DNA of 64,000 bases from a bacterium. GTDB lineage: Bacteria; UBA8248; JACPRG01; G963555815. The translations under genes and the position numbers were made by a program. Of the stretch, positions 29,194 through 38,808 are shown in pieces. Each line of letters opens with the position of its first letter. Position 1 is the stretch's first letter. The notes beneath the pieces are model-generated. The model was not told where the DNA came from. It did not search any database and worked only from the letters and a program-made list of their open reading frames with translations. The stretch spans positions 320,001 through 384,000 of the forward strand of contig CBDHDG010000005.1 of assembly GCA_965261595.1 (NCBI GenBank), in the 5' to 3' direction.

Positions 29194-30167
29194 CAGGCCA
29201 CCCGGAGGTCCAACGGGGTTTCTGGGCCCGGAACAAACGGTTATTCTCCTTCGGCGATGTCGGCTACCTGCCCTTATTCATCATATTCCTGTTCCTCCTT
29301 TTTGCGTTTCTTCAACCCAGGTTTGCCACGTTCGCGAATCTCCAGAATGTGAGCCGCCAAGGGGCTTTCCTGGCCATCGTGGCATGTGCCCAGATGTTCC
29401 CCCTGCTCGGCGGGGGATTTGACATCTCCGTGGGCGCGAACATTGGACTGGTCAGCGTCATTACATCCATTGCGACGTTGCAATTCGGCATGGCCATTGG
29501 TTTACTCTCCGGGATTCTCTGCGGGGCGTTTGTTGGACTGATCAACGGCACGGTCGTTTCAATCTTTCGTGTTTCCCCTTTCGTTGCAACACTTGCGATG
29601 ATGTCCGCCGCACGCGGCGCCGGCCTCTTCATCACAAATGGACAACCTATCTTCGGGCTCCCGAAATCCTTTCTTTACATCGGGACCCGGTATATCGGAC
29701 CTTTTCCCATCCCCGCCCTAATCGCCGCGTTTGCATTCCTTTTGACCTACCTAATCCTCAGGAAATTCTTTTTTGGCAGGTACTTTTATGCGATCGGCGG
29801 AAACGCGGAAGCGGCAAGGCTTTCAGGGGTCAACGTAACGGGCTATCGCCTGTTGTCCTATGTCATTTGCGGCACTTTGACGGGGATCGCAGGCGTGACG
29901 ATCACGTCGCGGATAGGCTCAGGCGAGCCCATGACGGGTGCGGGATTGGGCTTGGAATCCATCGCCGCCGTAGTGGTGGGCGGTGTTGCGCTCACGGGCG
30001 GCAAAGGCACGGTTTTGGGGGTGTGCCTTGGAGTGATCACACTGGCTCTTATATCGAACGGGCTGGATCTCATCAATGTATCATCTTATCTCCAGATGGT
30101 CGTCATCGGCGCCATCATCGTCTTCGCAGTCATTGCGGACCAGTTCAGGACCGGCAAGAAAGGGTGA
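29190..30167 (+). CDS. Sugar-type ABC transporter permease (RbsC-like)
   Basis: GTGA overlap with ATPase stop; DISVGA, PFVATL, GRYFYAIGGNAEAARLSG, LESIAAVVVGG. Confidence 0.93.
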   Translation: MTGHPEVQRGFWARNKRLFSFGDVGYLPLFIIFLFLLFAFLQPRFATFANLQNVSRQGAFLAIVACAQMFPLLGGGFDISVGANIGLVSVITSIATLQFGMAIGLLSGILCGAFVGLINGTVVSIFRVSPFVATLAMMSAARGAGLFITNGQPIFGLPKSFLYIGTRYIGPFPIPALIAAFAFLLTYLILRKFFFGRYFYAIGGNAEAARLSGVNVTGYRLLSYVICGTLTGIAGVTITSRIGSGEPMTGAGLGLESIAAVVVGGVALTGGKGTVLGVCLGVITLALISNGLDLINVSSYLQMVVIGAIIVFAVIADQFRTGKKG

Positions 30168-30246
30168 TTCGCTCGAATCGATCCCGTTGAGCAGATGGCT
30201 TCGCAGATTCCGGACCAAAGGGGTGAGGCCCCAAGGGCGGCCTGAC

Positions 30247-30453
30247 ATGTCGAAAGAAACCAGCATCCACGTCTCGCCTGGCCAAGGGCGGTCGTTCGAG
30301 GCGAAAGCCGGCCAGTAGGTTTCGGTGATCAACCTGCAAGGCAGGCAAGTTGGGGATTTGATCGCCTTCAACGCCGCCGACGGCAGAAAGACATGGGGTC
30401 AGGTTTCATATTCAAACATCTTCGAAATTGCGATTGATCCTGGGAATGCATGA
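30247..30453 (+). pseudogene. Degraded DUF1989/urea-carboxylase-associated family gene fragment
   Basis: MSKETSIHVSPGQGRSFEAKAGQ*VSVINLQGRQVGDLIAFNA matches the family N-terminus; TAG at 30316-30318, then similarity is lost. Confidence 0.7.
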
Positions 30454-30608
30454 CCTGCCGGAAACACGTTTATCCTGCCCCTGAATCAGCGATACGTATG
30501 TTCTCGCCGAAGACCGCGGTAGCGAAGCACGATCTCGTTCTCATAGACATCGTCATGGAAGAGGGATCGTCGGAGGTAAGGCAGATACCGCTCTGCGCCG
30601 AAATCTTC

Positions 30609-30622
30609 GTGAGAAATGCGGG
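30609..30622. repeat. Solo IS/MITE-like terminal repeat
   Basis: GTGAGAAATGCGGG is identical to the right end of the element at 48151-48502; sits at the right edge of the AT-richer island. Confidence 0.55.
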
Positions 30623-31774
30623 TCAAGCATCCCCCAAGTCATCCAGATACTCGAACCGCTCTCCGGCGAAGTTCCTGAAGACGATGTGGCCGTCCTCGGA
30701 CGCCTCCCGGTACTCGGGCAACAGCGGGACCTTCCCCCCGCCGCCCGACAGGTCCACGGCGAACTTCGGGACGGCGTACCCGGAGGTGTGGCCGATGAGG
30801 GTTTTCATGAGGTCGATGCCCTTTTGGAGCGGCGTGCGGAAGTGGGCCGTGCCCTCGATCTGGTCGCACTGGAAGAGGTAATACGGCCGCACCCGGAGCC
30901 TCAAAAGCCGGCGCATGAGGGTCCGCAGCGTCTCTTCATCGTCGTTGATCCCGGCCAGCAGCACGCTTTGGCTGCCGACGGGAATGCCCGCGTCCGCCAG
31001 CCGCGCGCAGGCCCGCTCGACCTCGGGCGCGAGCTCCTTGGGGTGGACGACGTGGAGGCTCACGAAGAGGGGATGGAGCCGCTTCAGCCCCCGGACGAGG
31101 GCGGGGGTGACACGCTGGGGCAGGGTGATGGGAACGCGCGTTCCGATGCGGAGAACCTCGACGTGGGGAATCGCCCGGAGCCTCCCCAGGAGTCCCAGGA
31201 GCCGGTTGTCCGAGAGGGTCAAGGGGTCGCCGCCCGATACCAGGACGTCCCGGATGGCCGGGTTCGAGGCGACGTAGGCCAGTCCCTCCTCCCACTGGGC
31301 CGCCGTGACGGCCCGCTCCGGGTCTCCCACCATCCGCTTGCGGTTGCAGTACCGGCAATACGAGGAGCACACGTTGGAGGCCAGGAAGAGCACCCGGTCC
31401 GGATAGCGGTGGACGACGGCGGGCGCGGGCGAGAGGTCCTCTTCCCCCAAGGGGTCCGGGAAATCGGCCGGCGAGGGCCGGGCCTCCTCCGCGCGGGGGA
31501 TGAACTGGCGCCTCAGCGGACAATCCGGGTCCTCCGGGTCCATCAGGCTCGCGAAGTAGGGCGTCAGACCGGCCCCGAAGCCCCCCCCGTTTTCCCCGCC
31601 CCCCCTCTTGCGTTCGGAGAGGGCGATCCCCTCTTCCTCCTCCGGGCAGAGGGAAAACCGGCGGCGGAAATCCTCGATCCGAACCATCCGGTTCTTCATC
31701 TGCCAGCGCCAGTCGTCCCACTCGCGCTTCGTCGCTCCGTATTCCCGCCACGGTCTCGCGATCAATTTCCTCAT
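30623..31774 (-). CDS. KamA family radical SAM protein (lysine 2,3-aminomutase-like)
   Basis: WDDWRWQ, HRYPDRV, CSSYCRYC, SGGDPL, RPYYLFQCD, PLP Lys in GGGGKVP. Confidence 0.93.
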   Translation of the reverse strand: MRKLIARPWREYGATKREWDDWRWQMKNRMVRIEDFRRRFSLCPEEEEGIALSERKRGGGENGGGFGAGLTPYFASLMDPEDPDCPLRRQFIPRAEEARPSPADFPDPLGEEDLSPAPAVVHRYPDRVLFLASNVCSSYCRYCNRKRMVGDPERAVTAAQWEEGLAYVASNPAIRDVLVSGGDPLTLSDNRLLGLLGRLRAIPHVEVLRIGTRVPITLPQRVTPALVRGLKRLHPLFVSLHVVHPKELAPEVERACARLADAGIPVGSQSVLLAGINDDEETLRTLMRRLLRLRVRPYYLFQCDQIEGTAHFRTPLQKGIDLMKTLIGHTSGYAVPKFAVDLSGGGGKVPLLPEYREASEDGHIVFRNFAGERFEYLDDLGDA

Positions 31775-31793
31775 GTCGGTTTACCGATCCTCG

Positions 31794-31985
31794 CCAGGAG
31801 GGCTTTTTTGAAAAACCGCCCCCCTGGACCCCTCCCAGGGGTTGGGAACCCCCTGAAAAACTTTCTGCGGCCAAGCCGGAGGCTTGGCCTTTCTGGGGTG
31901 GGTGTGGGTTTGGCTGAGCAGTCCGTCTGTGGCCAATGGGCCAGGTTACTTGCGATAGCGTGCGACCCTGAAGAAGGCCATGCGC
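31794..31985. repeat. Truncated copy of the MITE-like family seen at 60346-60661
   Basis: CCAGGAGGGCTTTTTTGAAAAACCGCCCCCCTGGACCCCTCCCAGGGGTTGGGAACCCCC...AAAACTTTCTGCGGCCA..GGCTTGGCCTTT and GCGATAGCGTGC shared; no right TIR found. Confidence 0.8.
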
Positions 31986-32193
31986 CGGAGAGGTTCTGAG
32001 GAGCGTAATGTATTCCAACCGCAATTTGGTCGGCACGCAAGCGCCCCGTTCGGCCTCGTCTCAATATAGCCTTGAAGAATGAAAAAGTCGCTTTGTCCAA
32101 GGGCGTCCACCCGCAGACCCCAGTGATCCCCGGTTTTCATCGGCTTTGCGGCGCCGGCGATCGTGAGAACAGGCGAACGTCCACCCCGAGCCT

Positions 32194-32395
32194 TCATTCC
32201 CGCGCAGGCGGGAATCCAGTGTTCTGAGCTGCGGGTCCATTCTCCTGCCAACGTGATCCTTGCGTTGAAAAGTATACAAGAGGGAGAAGGGCCTTCGGCG
32301 CAGCCGGAGATTGGAATCATTGGGACCGATCAGAAGCACTTCTGGATTCCCGCCTGCGCGGGAATGACAATCGGGGCGCGGGAATGACAATCGGG
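32194..32395. repeat. Inverted pair of ATTCCC-N8-GGGAAT (dRS3-like) palindromes plus a 20-bp tandem duplication
   Basis: ATTCCCGCGCAGGCGGGAATCCAG at 32196 and CTGGATTCCCGCCTGCGCGGGAATGAC at 32342; GCGCGGGAATGACAATCGGG twice (32356, 32376). Confidence 0.85.
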
Positions 32396-32659
32396 GGGCG
32401 TTGCGGAATAACGGCGGGCTGTCAAGGTTAAGGGGATCGCTCGTCGGGGCGGGAATCACGACTGATCCTTCGGGGCTTCGTTTCTTCAGGCGCCGAAAAC
32501 TGGGGATCACTGAGCCCGCGGACCCCATGAGGGCGGAGCATGCTAGACTGGTTGATATCCAAAAACGATTCGCGCCGCGGGCGCTTCGGCCTTTGGCGAG
32601 GCGGCCGGGCGGTGCAAGATTCGGTTCAGCGTCCTGCTTGATAGGGGAGGGAGTCTCCA

Positions 32660-33640
32660 GTGAAGGCAATCAGGGTTCACGAGTTCGGCGGTCCGGAGAA
32701 CATGGTGCACGAAGACGCCCCCGACCCGAATCCCGGAGAGGGCGAAGTTCTCGTTCGGGTGAAGGCTGCGGGCGTGAACCCCGTGGACATGGCCATCCGC
32801 TCCGGCAAACATCCCGCGTCCGCCATGATGAGCCTTCCCTACATCCCCGGCGTCGACGCGGCCGGCGTGGTGGAGGCGGCGGGTCCGGGCGTCACCGGAG
32901 TGAAAGAGGGGGAGAAGGTCTACGGGCGGGTGGCCGGCGGGAGCTATGCCGAGTTGACGCGCATGGCGGGGACCGAGGTTTCGCGGATCCCGGACGGGTT
33001 CTCGTTCGAGGACGCGGCGGGCGTCCCCATCGTCTTCATGACCGCGTGGCAGGCCCTGTTCAACAAGGCGGACCTCCAGGCCGGCGAGACCGTCCTCGTC
33101 CAGGCGGGCGGCGGGGGCGTGGGCACGGCGGCCATCCAGCTGGCGAAGTGGAAGGGGGCCGAAGTCCTCACGACCGTGGGCTCCGCGGAGAAGGCCGAGC
33201 GGGCCAAGGCCCTGGGCGCGGACCACGTTATCCTCTACAAGGATTCCCCCTTCGATGAAGAGGTCAAGCGGCTGACGGACGACAAAGGGGTGGACGTCAT
33301 CATCGAGACCGTCGCGGCGGACAACATGGCGCGGGACCTCTCGGCCCTCGCCCTCTTCGGCCGGATCGTCCTGATCGGAAACGGAACGGGCAAGGGGCCG
33401 GACGCCACGTTCCCCGTCGGCGCGGCCCTGTTCAGGGACCTGCACTTGTTCTCGATGACGATGTTCAACGCCGGACCGCAGGTGTCGGGCATCCTGAAGG
33501 GGCTGGCGGAGGCGTTCGCCGGGGGCGAGGTCCGGCCCCAGGGCGGGGCCGCCTTTCCCCTGAAGGAGGCCGCCGCCGCTCATGAGGCCCTGCTGGCCGG
33601 GAAGTTCTTCGGGAAGGTTGTCCTCTCCCCCATCGAGTGA
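32660..33640 (+). CDS. NADPH:quinone oxidoreductase (zeta-crystallin-like MDR)
   Basis: MKAIRVHEFGGPE, GVNPVD, PGVDAAG, AGGGGVGTAAIQ. Confidence 0.93.
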   Translation: MKAIRVHEFGGPENMVHEDAPDPNPGEGEVLVRVKAAGVNPVDMAIRSGKHPASAMMSLPYIPGVDAAGVVEAAGPGVTGVKEGEKVYGRVAGGSYAELTRMAGTEVSRIPDGFSFEDAAGVPIVFMTAWQALFNKADLQAGETVLVQAGGGGVGTAAIQLAKWKGAEVLTTVGSAEKAERAKALGADHVILYKDSPFDEEVKRLTDDKGVDVIIETVAADNMARDLSALALFGRIVLIGNGTGKGPDATFPVGAALFRDLHLFSMTMFNAGPQVSGILKGLAEAFAGGEVRPQGGAAFPLKEAAAAHEALLAGKFFGKVVLSPIE

Positions 33641-33886
33641 CTCGACGGCGTGTACCCCCCCCCCCCTTCTTCGGTCAAGACGCCTGTCGCGCGGGAGCCG
33701 GCGGGGGGGGGCGCGCAAACGCTTCTTCTCCCCGGATTCCTCCCCCTGCCGGACCGCCTGAAATCAAAATCTTTCTTCTCACACGAACTTTTTGAAATAT
33801 CCGATGTCCAAATACCTGTAAAAGGAAGATATTGACAAATGGAAATCAGTGAAACGGTTCAAAGTCCATCAGGAGGAACCATAGAC

Positions 33887-35606
33887 ATGATACGATTCGG
33901 TCCATTTCGCTGGAGGCCCTCGATCTCCGGGATTCGCGGCATCCTCCCGGCCTTCGTCGGCCTGTCTCTTCTCTTTTCCCTCGCGGCGACGGACGCCCGG
34001 GCCGCCAACAGCATGGCGGGCTTCACGCGCGTTTACCAGACGGACGGGACCCTGATTGTCAGCGCCAGGTTCAAGTACGACGGGGCAAAGGGAGACAAAG
34101 TCTTCGTCGGCGCCTATGCCCTGGACGGCCGCAACCGGAAGGTCTTCACGGGCTACCGGCCCTGGATGATCTCCCGGGGGTCCGGGCGCGTGTACGTGCA
34201 GCTTGCGTTACACCGGGTCCCGACAGCTCAAGTCCAAGAAGATCCGGCTCACCATGTACGTCGGAGGCCGCGCCTCCTTCTATTCAAAGGTCTTCAACCT
34301 GAAGAAGACCTGGAAGAAGTCCAAGGACCTGATCAAGGCCTGGACCTTCCGCTCCCGGAGCGAGAACGCCAAGGACCTGACCTTCAGCATCCGCTTTGAC
34401 CTGAACTCCTCCCACAGCCGAAAGGTGCGAATGGGCGCGATGTCCCTTCGCAAAGGAAAGGTTTCGCGGAAACACGGGTTCGGGCCTTCGAAGCGCCTCA
34501 AGCGCGGCAAGAACAAATCCACGCGGGCGCGGCTCTCCTACATCAAGAGCTCGTGGGCCAAGAGCGACGCCATCCTCGTCGGGCTGTACGAAGAACAAGG
34601 CAAATATTTCTCCCTCGGCCTCGTGCCCAGGGTGAAATACTGGTCCAAGAAGAAAAAAGACCGTGACCACGACGGCATCAGCGACGTGGTGGAGGCGGCG
34701 CTTCGGACGAACCCCCGGAAGAAAGACACCGACGGCGACGGCCTGCGGGACGGCTGGGAGCTGGAAGGCTACCGGCCGGGCGGCTACGTCCACACCAACA
34801 CCAACCTGCCCCTCATGGGCGTCCATCCCCGGAAGAAGGACCTCCTGCTGGAGATCGACTGGATGAAGACCAGCGGGCACAACCACAAGCCCAGGAACGG
34901 GGCCTTGACGACGCTGCGAAGCATGATGGCCTCCGCGCCGGTCTCCAATCCCGGCGGAAGCAACGGGATCCGGGTTTACATCGACGTCAATGGAAAGGTT
35001 CCGCACCAGAATGAAGTCGATTTCGGCTCGGGCAGTCCCCGGAAGTTCAGCAAATACAAGAAGGATTATTTCTCAAAGCGTAGGAAGAAGCTCTTCCACT
35101 ACATCCTGTTCGCCCACAAGCGGGTGAGCACCACCTCCTCCGGGCGGGCGGAAATCCTGGGCAATGACGTGATCGTTTCCCTGGGCGCCTTCACGGGACA
35201 GATCGGGACCCTGAACCAGCAGACCGGAACGCTGATTCACGAGCTGGGTCACAACCTGAACATCCGCCACGGCGGCAATGAAAACCGGAACAACAAACCC
35301 AACTACGTGAGCGTCATGAACTACGACTATCAGTTCCGGGGTGTGGACACGAACTGCAACACCACCCCGGACGGCGTTTTCCGCTATTCCCGTGGACGCC
35401 TGGCCGCCTTGAACGAGGCCCGCCTGAACGAGCCCCGGGGAATGTGCAACAGCGTGGCCATCGATTGGAACGGAAACGGTTCGAGCAACCAGACCGGCCT
35501 CCGCTTCGACATCAACGGCGACGGCGGGATCAACACCATCCGCGATCACAACGACTGGGGCCGTCTCCGTCTGGATTTCCAAGGCAGCGCCAATGCCGCG
35601 GACTGA
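33887..35606 (+). CDS. Secreted Zn-metalloprotease-like protein with Ca-binding DxDxDG repeats; +1 frameshift near 34203
   Basis: AGGAGG RBS, signal peptide ending ARA; removing one base gives VYVQLRYTGSRQ, about 572 aa; DRDHDGISD, DTDGDGLRDGWE, HELGHNLNIRH, Met-turn SVMNY. Confidence 0.8.
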
Positions 35607-35634
35607 TTTCTTCGCCATGAAAGGAAAACTTCCG

Positions 35635-36381
35635 ATGAATGCAAGGAAGCGATTCAATCGAAACGTCGGCGGGCGAACCGGATCCCGGATTGCCCTGCTC
35701 GCGGCCCTTCTCTCGGGTCTGATCATCGCGGCCGGTCCGGCCGCCGCGCAGAAGGCCCCCAGGCTTCAGCTCAAGGCCCTGCCGAAACTCCCCATGCTGA
35801 GGTTTCAGGCGAAGCTGGGCCGGAAGGCCCTCATCGGCCGGAAACTGATCCGCGGGCGGTGGAAGACCCTGCGGGGCAACCGTATCGTCCTCACCGACCA
35901 AGCCAGCAAGAAAGACCTGGTCCTGGACTACAACCTGCCGCGCGGCATCACCCTGCCCACGAAGAACGTCGGGCGCAACATCACCCTGCTGTTGAACAAG
36001 ATTCAACGCCCGGCGGCGTTGGTGGAGGCCATGCGTCTCACCGACGAGAGGGGTCTGGTCTTCCTGACGGAAAACCGGGGCGTCCGCTCCGTATTCACCC
36101 GCGCGGAAAAGTCCGGGTTCTCCTTTGTCCAGAGGCGCCGGGCGCAAGGCAAGGCCGTCTTCAAGGACGCCTGCATGGAGATCTACAACGTCCCCGTCAA
36201 GGTCAAGCTGGGCTCGCGGGAGCTCTCCATCGCGGCGGGACGCAAGCAGAACATGCAAAAGGGCGGCAACCGCTTCGAGGTCCAGGTGGTGACGAGCCAG
36301 TACGTCAAGGAAATCCCCTGCCGCTACTCCTTCGAAGAGGCGCCCCTGCGTCTTCAGTACGTCGTGAAGCGGACGAACTGA
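35635..36381 (+). CDS. Hypothetical exported basic protein
   Basis: Signal-like IALLAALLSGLIIAAGPAAA; typical codon use; followed by a terminator. Confidence 0.75.
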   Translation: MNARKRFNRNVGGRTGSRIALLAALLSGLIIAAGPAAAQKAPRLQLKALPKLPMLRFQAKLGRKALIGRKLIRGRWKTLRGNRIVLTDQASKKDLVLDYNLPRGITLPTKNVGRNITLLLNKIQRPAALVEAMRLTDERGLVFLTENRGVRSVFTRAEKSGFSFVQRRRAQGKAVFKDACMEIYNVPVKVKLGSRELSIAAGRKQNMQKGGNRFEVQVVTSQYVKEIPCRYSFEEAPLRLQYVVKRTN

Positions 36382-36407
36382 TCGCCCGCTTCAGCCGGGG
36401 TTAAGAT

Positions 36408-36444
36408 AGGGGCCGGAGAAGAGGATCTTCTCCGGCCCCTTTTT
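36408..36444 (+). terminator. Rho-independent terminator
   Basis: AGGGGCCGGAGAAGA-gga-TCTTCTCCGGCCCCT then TTTT. Confidence 0.85.
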
Positions 36445-36467
36445 ATTTTCCAGCCGGGAGACGAACG

Positions 36468-36659
36468 ATGGACGGATGGACGAAATCGGCCCTTTGGCTT
36501 ATCGCCATCGCTTTGTGGGGAATCCTGCTTCGGCCCCTGATCGCGCCGGCGCCGGCGGGCGCGGCCCGCGAGAAGATCGACGTCAACATCGCCGCCGTCG
36601 GCGGCTCCAGGCTGGGATTCAACGGTCCCATTCCGGTCGCCCCGGTTCGGGCGAAGTGA
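36468..36659 (+). CDS. Small membrane/exported hypothetical protein (63 aa)
   Basis: GGGAG RBS; MDGWTKSALWLIAIALWGILLRP hydrophobic N-terminus. Confidence 0.65.
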   Translation: MDGWTKSALWLIAIALWGILLRPLIAPAPAGAAREKIDVNIAAVGGSRLGFNGPIPVAPVRAK

Positions 36660-36710
36660 TTCCCAAGAATCACCGCGCGTTCAGGTCGGGTTTTTATTTG
36701 AGGGACCGGG

Positions 36711-38393
36711 TTAAAACAGCCCCGTGATCTTCCCGTCCGAGTCGATATCCATCCCCGCGGCGGCGGGGGTTTTCCCGAGGCCGGGCATCTGCATGATGTT
36801 GCCCGAAATCGCCACGACGAACCCCGCCCCGGCCGAGACATAAGCGTCCCGGACATTCATCGTGAACCCCCTGGGCCGGCCCAGAAGCTTGGGGTTGTCC
36901 GACAGCGAGGCCTGGGTCTTGGCGATGCACACCGGCAGCGCGCCGTAGCCGAGCGTCTCCAGCCGCTCGAGGCTCCGGGCCGCGGCCGTCTCGAAGGCCG
37001 CCGCGCCGGCGCCGTACACCTTCTTTGCGATCGTCTCGATCTTTTGCCGAAGCGGCATGTCCAGCGGATAAAGGGGCGTCTGGGGTTTATCCGCCGGCCG
37101 GGCGAGGTCGTCGGCCATCTCGGCCACCTCCAGGTTCCCCTCGCTCCCTTTCCCGTGAAACTCGTGCACGCCGCAGGGCGCGCCCATGTCCGCGGCCCGC
37201 GCCTTCACCCGCTCCACCTCGGCGTCGGTGTCCGAGGCGAACCGGTTGACGGCGACGACGACCGGCACGCCGAAACGGCCGAGGTTTTCGATGTGGGCCT
37301 CCAGGTTGGCGAACCCTTCATCGACTGCTCCGACGTCCTCTCTTGCCAGGACTTTCTTGTCGAAGGGGACGCCGCCGTGCAGCTTGAGGGCGCGAATCGT
37401 CGCCACGAGGACGACCGCGTGGACGGTGAAGCCCGCGGCGCGCGCGGTGATGTTGAAGAACTTCTCCGCCCCCAGGTCCGCGCCGAAGCCCGCCTCGGTC
37501 ACGACCAGGTCCCCCAGCTTGAGGGCCAGGCGGTCGGCGATGATCGAGTTCGTGCCGTGGGCGATGTTGCCGAACGGCCCGCCGTGGATGAAGGCCGGCG
37601 AGCCCTCGAGGGTCTGGACCAGATTGGGCTTGAGGGCGTCCTTGAGCAGGAGCGCCATCGCCCCCGAGGCGTCGAGGTCGCCGGCGGTGACCGGCGCGCC
37701 CCGGCGCGTGTAGCCGACGACGATCCGGCTGATCCGCTCTTTCAGGTCCACCGGGTCGGAGGCGAGGCAGAGCAAGGCCATGATCTCCGAGGCGGCGGTG
37801 ATCATGAAGCCGTCCTGGCGGGGAGCCCCGTGGGATTTTCCGCCCAGGCCGACGACGATGTTGCGAAGCGCCCGGTCGTTCATGTCCATGACGCGCTTCC
37901 AGGTGATCTGGTTGATGTCCAGATCGAGCCCGTTTCCATGAAAGACGTGGGCGTCGAGCAGGGCGGAGAGCAGGTTGTGGGCGGAGGTCACGGCGTGGAT
38001 GTCGCCGGTGAAGTGAAGGTTGATCTCATCCATCGGGAGGACCTGGGCCTTGCCGCCGCCCGCCGCCCCGCCCTTGACGCCGAACACCGGGCCGAGGGAA
38101 GGCTCGCGCAGGCAGATGACGCTTCGCTTCCCCATCCGCGCGAACGCCTGGCCGAGTCCGACTGTGGTGAGGGTCTTGCCCTCGCCGAGCGGTGTGGGCG
38201 TCATCGCCGTGACCAGGATCAGGCGTCCGTCCTCATCGCTGGACCGCCGCTGAAGCGCTTCCAGGCCGACCTTGGCCTTGAAGCGGCCGTAGGGTTCGAT
38301 CTCGTCCGGTTCCAGACCGAGCTCCCCGGCTACTTCCGCGATGGGTTTCAGATCAGCCGCTTGGGCGATTTCTACGTCGGACGCGATGGCCAT
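36711..38393 (-). CDS. fhs: Formate--tetrahydrofolate ligase
   Basis: TPTPLGEGKT, GVKGGAAGGG, INLHFTGD, HGGPFGNIAHG, TEAGFGADLG; start MAIASD. Confidence 0.98.
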   Translation of the reverse strand: MAIASDVEIAQAADLKPIAEVAGELGLEPDEIEPYGRFKAKVGLEALQRRSSDEDGRLILVTAMTPTPLGEGKTLTTVGLGQAFARMGKRSVICLREPSLGPVFGVKGGAAGGGKAQVLPMDEINLHFTGDIHAVTSAHNLLSALLDAHVFHGNGLDLDINQITWKRVMDMNDRALRNIVVGLGGKSHGAPRQDGFMITAASEIMALLCLASDPVDLKERISRIVVGYTRRGAPVTAGDLDASGAMALLLKDALKPNLVQTLEGSPAFIHGGPFGNIAHGTNSIIADRLALKLGDLVVTEAGFGADLGAEKFFNITARAAGFTVHAVVLVATIRALKLHGGVPFDKKVLAREDVGAVDEGFANLEAHIENLGRFGVPVVVAVNRFASDTDAEVERVKARAADMGAPCGVHEFHGKGSEGNLEVAEMADDLARPADKPQTPLYPLDMPLRQKIETIAKKVYGAGAAAFETAAARSLERLETLGYGALPVCIAKTQASLSDNPKLLGRPRGFTMNVRDAYVSAGAGFVVAISGNIMQMPGLGKTPAAAGMDIDSDGKITGLF

Positions 38394-38579
38394 TGTCTCT
38401 CCCGGATGGAATTTCGGCGTTTTCCCAAAGGGGCCGCTGCCGGCCGCGGGCGCCTCTCGATGTCCTGAAGACCATCGTTCAACCTTTGATCCAGAGAAAT
38501 TTCGGACGGGCCGACCCGTGTGCGGGACATTCGCCGCCGCATCGGCCGCCTGGGCGGCTCGCCCGAGAGGCTTCAATCC

Positions 38580-38744
38580 TCAGGATTTTGAATCGGTGTA
38601 CGAGGAAACGGACGTAATGACGCGTGTGACCTTCCGGCTCTTGCATTTGGGGCAGACGGGGCGCTTCTTTCCGTACTCGGTGATCGACGCCTGAAAAGAA
38701 AACTTCTTCCGGCATTTCTCGCAGCGGAATTCATAGAGTGGCAT
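38580..38744 (-). CDS. FmdB family zinc-ribbon protein (54 aa)
   Basis: Manual translation MPLYEFRCEKC...CPKCKSRKVTRVITS...DSKS*; AAGGAG RBS; below the ORF-track cutoff. Confidence 0.9.
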   Translation of the reverse strand: MPLYEFRCEKCRKKFSFQASITEYGKKRPVCPKCKSRKVTRVITSVSSYTDSKS

Positions 38745-38808
38745 ACGGTCCTACTCCTTCTCGGTTACGGTGGAAACGGTGCTTTCATCCACTTTTCCGT
38801 GGCGTTTT

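Noticed and set aside
38394..38579. ZTP/THF riboswitch upstream of fhs
   Set aside because: No consensus elements recognisable.
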